This document shows positions 43,969 to 48,803 of a stretch of 48,803 nucleotides of DNA, one piece after another. The position numbers and the translations under genes were made by a program. Position 1 is the stretch's first letter, and every line of letters begins with the position of its first letter. The notes beneath the pieces were generated by a model. The model searched no databases. It was not told the origin of the DNA and saw nothing but the letters and a program-made list of their open reading frames with translations. Source of the DNA: a virus (Duplodnaviria > Heunggongvirae > Uroviricota > Caudoviricetes); IMG/VR virus record IMGVR_UViG_3300010370_000025. One strand, given 5' to 3'.

Positions 43969-44106
43969 ATGGCTAAGTTGTTTGTAGTGTTCGCGATTCT
44001 GACTGCGATCGGTGCATACTTCATGAATGAGCAGTACAAGGATGCTATGGCCAAGTGCCAGATAGAGCATTCATATGATACGTGCTTTTACTCGCTAAAC
44101 CGTTGA
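43969..44106 (+). CDS. 45-aa membrane micro-protein, absent from ORF track
   Basis: SD GGAG, N-terminal TM, two Cys. Confidence 0.5.
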   Translation: MAKLFVVFAILTAIGAYFMNEQYKDAMAKCQIEHSYDTCFYSLNR

Positions 44107-44127
44107 TTTTGTTACTGTAAAAAAACA

Positions 44128-44156
44128 GTTGCACAAATTACGGAAATGGACTAAAT
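44128..44156 (+). promoter_or_regulatory. early promoter
   Basis: AAAAAAACA-GTTGCA-N17-CTAAAT. Confidence 0.65.
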
Positions 44157-44181
44157 TGTAACAGTAAGTTGGAGATAAGAA

Positions 44182-44277
44182 ATGGCATTCTTGCGTACTT
44201 TCATGGTTGATCTTTTGAGTGAGTCTTACAACGCTCTTATTCTTGCGTTGTTCTTGATCGCTTCTATTCAACAGTGA
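44182..44277 (+). CDS. 31-aa hydrophobic micro-protein
   Basis: SD GGAG, directly after its own promoter. Confidence 0.45.
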   Translation: MAFLRTFMVDLLSESYNALILALFLIASIQQ

Positions 44278-44285
44278 AAATAACA

Positions 44286-44313
44286 GTTGCACTTTTTCTG
44301 AAACCGACTATAA
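44286..44313 (+). promoter_or_regulatory. early promoter
   Basis: AACA-GTTGCA-N16-CTATAA. Confidence 0.6.
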
Positions 44314-44348
44314 TCACACTGTAACGACAAATAAATGGAGATTTTGAT

Positions 44349-44774
44349 ATGTCGAATGTGAATCGTGTTATGGACCTTATCGTGGCTAATCCTAACCTCG
44401 CTAAGGCAGACCTTATCAATAAGATTGTAGAGATGCTCAACGTCTCTAAGTCTAATGCTCAGGTCTATGTGTATAATGCTAAGAAGAAGCTTGACAAGGG
44501 CGATATGCCTAAGGAACGTAATGTCAAGGTGATCTCTGCTAAGGTCGCTAAGGAGCGTGCCAAGGTAGAGGTTCGCGAGAAGAATGACGCTGACCTTGAG
44601 AAGATCAAGGCTGACCGTCTTGTTATCATGAAGAAGGTCAACGCTAAGATGAAGCGTGAGAAGGAAGAAGCTGAAGCAATTGCTGCTGACATGGCTGCTT
44701 TCTCTGGTGAGGGTGAAGAGTATACCAACTCACTTTCTCCTGAATTTCTCCGTCGTGAACTCGGCATTGAGTGA
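44349..44774 (+). CDS. early protein, N-terminal HTH-like and charged helical C-terminus
   Basis: SD GGAG, LNVSKSNAQVYVYNAKK helix pattern. Confidence 0.65.
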   Translation: MSNVNRVMDLIVANPNLAKADLINKIVEMLNVSKSNAQVYVYNAKKKLDKGDMPKERNVKVISAKVAKERAKVEVREKNDADLEKIKADRLVIMKKVNAKMKREKEEAEAIAADMAAFSGEGEEYTNSLSPEFLRRELGIE

Positions 44775-44815
44775 TTCGGAAGCTATATATAATATACAAC
44801 TCAACAGAGAGTAAA

Positions 44816-44920
44816 ATGAGCCACTTACAGTTTACACATTGCCAGAAAGCCTATAATCCAGGACAAAGTCTCCCGGTTGATGGCTCATGGGCAATTGAAA
44901 CAGGAGCTGGCTTGATGTAA
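44816..44920 (+). other. putative leader ORF (34 aa) / structured leader
   Basis: Short ORF whose start ATGAGCCA (44816-23) is complementary to TGGCTCAT (44881-88). Followed by a hairpin and a terminator. Confidence 0.4.
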
Positions 44921-44948
44921 CCAAATTGTACAGCGTTACGGTTATATC

Positions 44949-44983
44949 AAGCGGCTCTCAGGGAAACCTAGAGCCGCTTTTTT
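44949..44983 (+). terminator. intrinsic terminator
   Basis: AAGCGGCTCT-C-AGG-GAAA-CCT-AGAGCCGCTT-TTTT. Confidence 0.85.
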
Positions 44984-45045
44984 ATTATCGTGTCTTTCTT
45001 TAAAGAGATCAACCCGTTCTTTTTAAATAAACACACGGTTTCGAC

Positions 45046-45141
45046 GAGGATGCTACTCCCTCGGCATAAGAGTAGCCTCTGACTGGTACGTGGATCCGAA
45101 TGGACGTACAAGTGGTTTCCAGCAGAGAACACCGAAAGGTG
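45046..45141 (+). ncRNA. candidate structured ncRNA
   Basis: GCTACTC/GAGTAGC, CTCTG-A-CTGG/CCAG-CAGAG enclosing GTACGT/ACGTAC, and CACC-GAAA-GGTG. No convincing ORF. Confidence 0.45.
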
Positions 45142-45150
45142 AAAATAACA

Positions 45151-45179
45151 GTTGCAATTAATCTCTATAGACACTATAT
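45151..45179 (+). promoter_or_regulatory. early promoter
   Basis: AATAACA-GTTGCA-N17-CTATAT. Confidence 0.7.
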
Positions 45180-45240
45180 TGATTAAGTAATGGGGCGTCA
45201 GTGCTCTAATACATGTAACTAGTTAACATGGAGAATGTGA

Positions 45241-45501
45241 ATGACTACTTCTAACACTCAGCGCGTTTATGAAGCTCTTGCCAGTGGCGAAGCTCTTACC
45301 GCAAAGCAGATTACTGCTCGTTATGGCCTTGCCAATCCTCGTGCAGCTATCTCAGCCCTCCGTATGGAAGGTTATCCGATTTACTTGAATAGCCGCAAGG
45401 ACACTAAGGGTCGTACTACTAAGTGGTACCGTATGGGTACCCCGACTCGCCGTGTTATTGCGGCAGGCTACAAGGCTCTCGCAATGGGCATCGTAGTCTA
45501 A
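45241..45501 (+). CDS. winged-HTH DNA-binding protein typical of T4-like phages
   Basis: LASGEALTAKQITARYGLANPRAAISALRMEGYPIY...YRMGTPTRRVIAAG. Confidence 0.75.
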   Translation: MTTSNTQRVYEALASGEALTAKQITARYGLANPRAAISALRMEGYPIYLNSRKDTKGRTTKWYRMGTPTRRVIAAGYKALAMGIVV

Positions 45502-45527
45502 TAGACTAGACTCCAACCTCGGATGTA

Positions 45528-45559
45528 CAGGGGGGTCTAGTCGGCTCCCCTGTTTTTTT
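45528..45559 (+). terminator. intrinsic terminator
   Basis: CAGGGGGGTC-TAGTC-GGCTCCCCTG-TTTTTTT. Confidence 0.75.
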
Positions 45560-45562
45560 GTC

Positions 45563-45675
45563 TCTAGATGAATACACCAATGGCATTGTAGCTACTGCCT
45601 TGCTAGGAAGGGCCGCGCCCCGTATGGAGCGTTGAAGGTTTACGGTTCGATTCCGTACTGGTGTATTCTTCTAGA
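45563..45675 (+). ncRNA. non-canonical tRNA-like RNA (no CCA, aberrant anticodon arm)
   Basis: Perfect T-arm TACGG-TTCGATT-CCGTA, 10-bp closing stem GAATACACCA/TGGTGTATTC extended by TCTAGA/TCTAGA. Confidence 0.55.
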
Positions 45676-45738
45676 CACAAGTTCGGTTGATGGGTTGTAG
45701 GTGACCTGAGTGCGCAAGGGAACCTTCACTTATTTCAT

Positions 45739-45814
45739 GGACCCATAGCTCAATGGTTAGAGTACCGGTCTTTTAAACCGTAGGTTCTGGGTTCGAGTCC
45801 CAGTGGGTCCTCCA
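45739..45814 (+). tRNA. tRNA-Lys(TTT)
   Basis: GGACCCA/TGGGTCC, loop CTTTTAA, CCA. Confidence 0.9.
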
Positions 45815-45829
45815 TTTTATAGGTGTATC

Positions 45830-46126
45830 GTGCATAGCTTTAACTTCATAGGTCCTAAGTTCGATCCTAGTGTAGACAATAAGTTATTCCTAGACGATGA
45901 TACACTTATTCCTATTTTGGATCAAGACAAGACATTAGCACATCTCCTTGCACGTATTGGCAAGTTCAAATCTGTGGGAGATGCGAAACGAAACGGTTGG
46001 GATAAGCCTATTCCATCCGGATGGGTAGAGTTTACTGTCGGCAAGGGTATGAATAGAATTGATGTGTTCATATGGAACCCACAACATACCCTTGCCGAGT
46101 CAATAGAGGAATTTCCAGATTGTTAG
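45830..46126 (+). CDS. phage hypothetical protein (possible S4-like helix pair)
   Basis: LAHLLARIGKFKSVGDAKRNGWDKPIP. GTG start 45830. Confidence 0.6.
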   Translation: MHSFNFIGPKFDPSVDNKLFLDDDTLIPILDQDKTLAHLLARIGKFKSVGDAKRNGWDKPIPSGWVEFTVGKGMNRIDVFIWNPQHTLAESIEEFPDC

Positions 46127-46524
46127 AGTGTCTTATTCTAGGTGATTCAATTGCAGTCGGTGTTGGTTATAACAGACCTGAATGCGTTGTAGAGGCAAAA
46201 GTAGGTATCAATTCACAAGACTATGTTAATGGATTGTTCAGACACTTTGAACTCGTAGAAGCAAAAAAGACTATTATCAGTCTCGGGTCTAATGATTTTT
46301 ATGTAGAGTCCTATGGTCCAATGCTAGCTCTACGTGAACTTATCAAAGGCGATGTAATATGGATTCTCAGTTCAAATAACGAAGAGTCAAGATATGCTGC
46401 ATTAGCAATTGCTAAACACTATAATGATAGTGTTATAGATACGAAGTCTTATCCTATGAGTACAGATGGTGTTCATCCTACCGGTAAGGGATATAAGATG
46501 ATTTCAGATAATACGCGCCAGTAG
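46120..46524 (+). CDS. SGNH/GDSL hydrolase-like protein
   Basis: ILGDSIAVG (block I), SLGSND (block III), DGVHP (block V). TTG start after SD GAGG. Confidence 0.75.
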   Translation: MLECLILGDSIAVGVGYNRPECVVEAKVGINSQDYVNGLFRHFELVEAKKTIISLGSNDFYVESYGPMLALRELIKGDVIWILSSNNEESRYAALAIAKHYNDSVIDTKSYPMSTDGVHPTGKGYKMISDNTRQ

Positions 46525-46589
46525 CTCAGTGGTAGAGTAGCGGTCTCTTAAACCGAATGTTGTGAGTTCGATTCTCACCTGGCACACCA
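46515..46589 (+). tRNA. tRNA-Lys(CTT)
   Basis: GCGCCAG/CTGGCAC (one C:A mismatch), loop CTCTTAA, CCA. Confidence 0.85.
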
Positions 46590-46713
46590 AGATTACTCAG
46601 CGTTCTAGATAAGCTGGGGAGACGTCGCGAGAGTAACAAGAGGGAATGCTCGCTAATACAGGATTGCTGACTCAGTTCGCGAAAGGGCTTAACCTGTAAC
46701 GTGTACGGAATAT

Positions 46714-46787
46714 GCTGCATTAGCTCAATGGTAGAGCGCTGGTCTGTGGAACCAGTTACAGTAGTTCGATTCTACTATGCAGTACCA
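46714..46787 (+). tRNA. tRNA-His(GTG), lacking G-1, A73
   Basis: GCTGCAT/ATGCAGT, CTGGT-CTGTGGA-ACCAG. T at position -1, ACCA end. Confidence 0.9.
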
Positions 46788-46800
46788 AAGAATCTCGACT

Positions 46801-46875
46801 GCTCCGTTCGTCTATCGATTAGGATACCTGGTTCTCAGCCAGATGAGATGGGTTTGACTCCCATACGGAGTACCA
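46801..46875 (+). tRNA. tRNA-Glu(CTC)
   Basis: GCTCCGT/ACGGAGT, loop TTCTCAG, variant T-loop TTTGACT, CCA. Confidence 0.8.
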
Positions 46876-46921
46876 GTTTCGGGGAGCCCCCTGCGGGGGC
46901 TCGAATAGGATAAAAAAATAT

Positions 46922-46995
46922 TGGGAGATCGTCTAATGGTAGGATAGATGACTTTGACTCATTTGATCGTGGTTCGAGTCCACGTCTCCCAGCCA
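46922..46995 (+). tRNA. tRNA-Gln(TTG)
   Basis: TGGGAGA/TCTCCCA, ATGA-CTTTGAC-TCAT, GCCA. Confidence 0.9.
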
Positions 46996-47000
46996 AGTTT

Positions 47001-47086
47001 AGAGTGAGTTCAGCAAACAATCATTGATTGGTTCAATTCCAATATTTCCTCCTTAGGAAGTCTAGGGCACGGTGCCCATCACTCTG
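47001..47086 (+). ncRNA. CAGCAA-type tRNA-like element 1
   Basis: Closing stem AGAGTGA/TCACTCT, CAGCAA, internal TTGG-TTCAATT-CCAA T-arm-like hairpin. Confidence 0.6.
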
Positions 47087-47094
47087 TAAGTTTT

Positions 47095-47160
47095 AGGATC
47101 CCTACAGCAATTACAGCCGTAGAGGCACTTTTTTAGGGAAAAAGCAAAAAGTGGATCCTG
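47095..47160 (+). ncRNA. armless tRNA-like element 2 (anticodon loop AGG)
   Basis: AGGATCC/GGATCCT, ACAGCAA, CTTTT-TTAGGGA-AAAAG, GCAAAAAG. Confidence 0.65.
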
Positions 47161-47168
47161 TTCGTTTT

Positions 47169-47231
47169 AGGATTGTTACAGCAAATAAAATGCATTTGAC
47201 TTGTAATCAAAAGAAGCAAAAAGCAATCCTG
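47169..47231 (+). ncRNA. armless tRNA-like element 3 (anticodon loop TGT)
   Basis: AGGATTG/CAATCCT, ACAGCAA, TTTGA-CTTGTAA-TCAAA, GCAAAAAG. Confidence 0.7.
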
Positions 47232-47239
47232 TTCTATTT

Positions 47240-47314
47240 GGGGCGTTCGTCTATCGGCTAGGATACATCCCTTTCAAGGATACGAGACGGGTTCGACTCC
47301 CGTACGCCCTACCA
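47240..47314 (+). tRNA. tRNA-Glu(TTC)
   Basis: GGGGCGT/ACGCCCT, ATCC-CTTTCAA-GGAT, CCA. Confidence 0.9.
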
Positions 47315-47333
47315 AACACACGGAGACTATACT

Positions 47334-47768
47334 ATGAAGATTCTTATTATGGGGTTGCCTGGTTCAGGTAAGACTACACTAGCAGTAGAACTAGCAAAGC
47401 TTTTAAAAGCAGTGCATTGGAATGCTGATAGCGTTAGACAAAATATTAATACTCATTTAGGGTTTTCAGAAGAAGATAGAATTGAACAAGCCCGTAGAAT
47501 GGGATGGCTCTGCGATCAAGTCGTAAATAGTGGTCATGCCGCTATTGCTGACTTTGTTTGTCCTACATTGAAAACACGTGTTGCATTTGGTCCTAGTGAT
47601 TATATAATCTGGATGGATACTATTCAAGAAAGCCGTTTTGATGATACAAATAAACTGTTCGTTAAACCTGCTAAATATAGTTTTCGCGTAGATTCTTTAA
47701 ATGCCAGTTATTGGTCATATGATATCTACGATCAGATTATGAAAAGGCAGCAATATGTGGAACAATAA
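47334..47768 (+). CDS. adenylyl-sulfate (APS) kinase-like P-loop kinase
   Basis: MGLPGSGKTTLA, NADSVR, FSEEDRIEQARR, DFVCPT. Confidence 0.8.
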   Translation: MKILIMGLPGSGKTTLAVELAKLLKAVHWNADSVRQNINTHLGFSEEDRIEQARRMGWLCDQVVNSGHAAIADFVCPTLKTRVAFGPSDYIIWMDTIQESRFDDTNKLFVKPAKYSFRVDSLNASYWSYDIYDQIMKRQQYVEQ

Positions 47769-48117
47769 ACATCCTACTGTGCAAATGCTAGGTAGATGGC
47801 AGCCATGGCATGAAGGACACTTTCAACTGTTCTTACGTGCTTATCAAAAAACAGGTCAAGTTTGTATCATGGTGAGAGATACACAAGGTACAGATAGTAG
47901 TAACCCTTTTGACTTTGAAACAGTACGTAATAGAATAGTCAAAGAATTAGGAAAAAAAGGGTTTAATAATAACGAACACTTTATTGTAAAGCTCGTTCCT
48001 AACATCGTAAATATTACATACGGTAGAGATGTAGGATACGTAATTGAACAAGAAACGTTTAGTAGTGAGATACATGATATATCCGCTACTCAGATACGTA
48101 AAGAAATGGGATTATAA
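47755..48117 (+). CDS. cytidylyltransferase-like nucleotidyltransferase (HxGH)
   Basis: GRWQPWHEGH, NPF, ISATQIR. Confidence 0.8.
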   Translation: MWNNKHPTVQMLGRWQPWHEGHFQLFLRAYQKTGQVCIMVRDTQGTDSSNPFDFETVRNRIVKELGKKGFNNNEHFIVKLVPNIVNITYGRDVGYVIEQETFSSEIHDISATQIRKEMGL

Positions 48118-48194
48118 GTCTGTGTAGTCCAACTGGTAGAGACACTAGCTTGAGGTGCTAGGCGTTGGAGGTTCGAATCCTCTCATAGACACCA
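48118..48194 (+). tRNA. tRNA-Leu(GAG), short variable loop
   Basis: GTCTGTG/CATAGAC, CTAGC-TTGAGGT-GCTAG, CCA. Confidence 0.85.
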
Positions 48195-48201
48195 GAATAC
48201 A

Positions 48202-48233
48202 GTTGCCTTTTATTACAGAAGGTACTATAAATA
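48202..48233 (+). promoter_or_regulatory. overlapping early promoter and TATAAATA late promoter
   Basis: GTTGCC-N17-CTATAA, with TATAAATA at 48226-48233, upstream of tRNA-Asn. Confidence 0.65.
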
Positions 48234-48247
48234 TAAAATAAAGTCAT

Positions 48248-48324
48248 TTCACGGTAGCTCAGTTGGTAGTAGCATCTGACTGTTAATCAGAGGGTCCCTG
48301 GTTCGAGCTCAGGCCGTGGAGCCA
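48248..48324 (+). tRNA. tRNA-Asn(GTT)
   Basis: TTCACGG/CCGTGGA, TCTGA-CTGTTAA-TCAGA, GCCA. Confidence 0.9.
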
Positions 48325-48328
48325 ATTT

Positions 48329-48418
48329 GGAAGTGTGGGAGAGTGGTTTAATCCGTCGGTCTTGAAAACCGAAGAACCTGCGAGGGTTCCGTGAGTTCGA
48401 ATCTCACCGCTTCCGCCA
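48329..48418 (+). tRNA. tRNA-Ser(TGA)
   Basis: GGAAGTG/CGCTTCC, TCGGT-CTTGAAA-ACCGA, long variable arm, GCCA. Confidence 0.95.
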
Positions 48419-48432
48419 TTTAGGAATATATT

Positions 48433-48720
48433 ATGAGCCCCGAAAAGAAAGCGATTCGTGACCTTTGGCTGACTTATAAACTGTACGGTGAATGCCAGAA
48501 AGTATATAAGAAAGATCTCGATACCAGTAAATATGCTTCCGAGTGTACTGATGGGTTTCTTGAGTATCTAGCCGAGTGTTGTAAGAGTTATCCTAAGTGG
48601 AAAGATAATATCGAAGGTGTTATTCGTAACCAGATCCGTATCTATATGGGGTTTGTTGAGACGTATAATAAACCTATCGTAAAAGATAAAGTAACGCAGA
48701 AGACTCGTTGGTCTCTGTAA
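48433..48720 (+). CDS. hypothetical protein
   Basis: SD AGGA, 95 aa, between two tRNAs. Confidence 0.6.
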   Translation: MSPEKKAIRDLWLTYKLYGECQKVYKKDLDTSKYASECTDGFLEYLAECCKSYPKWKDNIEGVIRNQIRIYMGFVETYNKPIVKDKVTQKTRWSL

Positions 48721-48723
48721 TAT

Positions 48724-48800
<77 letters not shown>

Positions 48801-48803
48801 ATT

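Noticed and set aside
45563-45675. tRNA-Sec or tRNA-Pyl (CTA within the loop)
   Set aside because: The loop is 6 nt (GCTAGG) with no U33 geometry, there is no TCA anticodon and no CCA. Kept only as a tRNA-like element.
46884-46902. GAGCCCCC-TGC-GGGGGCTC hairpin as a terminator
   Set aside because: It has no U-tract on the plus strand and lies inside the tRNA run. More likely a processing or stability hairpin.
47001-47231. CRISPR array
   Set aside because: The units are not identical direct repeats with unique spacers. Only short motifs and the structure are shared, and no cas genes are present.

Overview
This window is part of a large T4-like (Tevenvirinae-type) myophage genome. It carries core gp43 DNA polymerase, uvsX and gp41 helicase genes, TATAAATA late promoters, and a protein with a T4-type capsid-targeting sequence. 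The host is probably an alphaproteobacterium (inference from GapR, DUF1127, plcP-agt, a tRNA-His lacking G-1 with A73, and GTTGNN-N17-CTATAT promoters). Layout: (1) 1-16.2 kb, an AT-rich, translationally coupled cluster of modifying enzymes: 4 radical SAM, 3 B12-type radical SAM, 3 PP-loop, 2 2OG-Fe(II) oxygenases, a methyltransferase, sulfotransferase, GNAT, class III aminotransferase and SET protein. (2) 16.2-21.5 kb, small early genes including an unannotated ArfA-like ribosome rescue factor, DUF932, GapR, 2 tRNAs, a UDP-glucose dehydrogenase-like gene and holin-like genes. (3) 21.5-28.4 kb, a curli-type cassette (csgF, csgG, two curlin-like genes, FecR domain, CHASE2 adenylate cyclase) followed by an opposite-strand operon ending in IscA. 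(4) 28.4-39.7 kb, Hsp20 and micro-ORFs, then replication genes interrupted by a plcP-agt lipid-remodelling pair. (5) 39.7-45.5 kb, GC-richer divergent early genes with repeated promoters and IHF-like sites. (6) 45.5-48.8 kb, a cluster of 10 tRNAs mixed with non-canonical structured RNAs, including armless elements that keep a canonical anticodon stem-loop. All family assignments come from motif recognition by eye; no database searches or folding programs were run.
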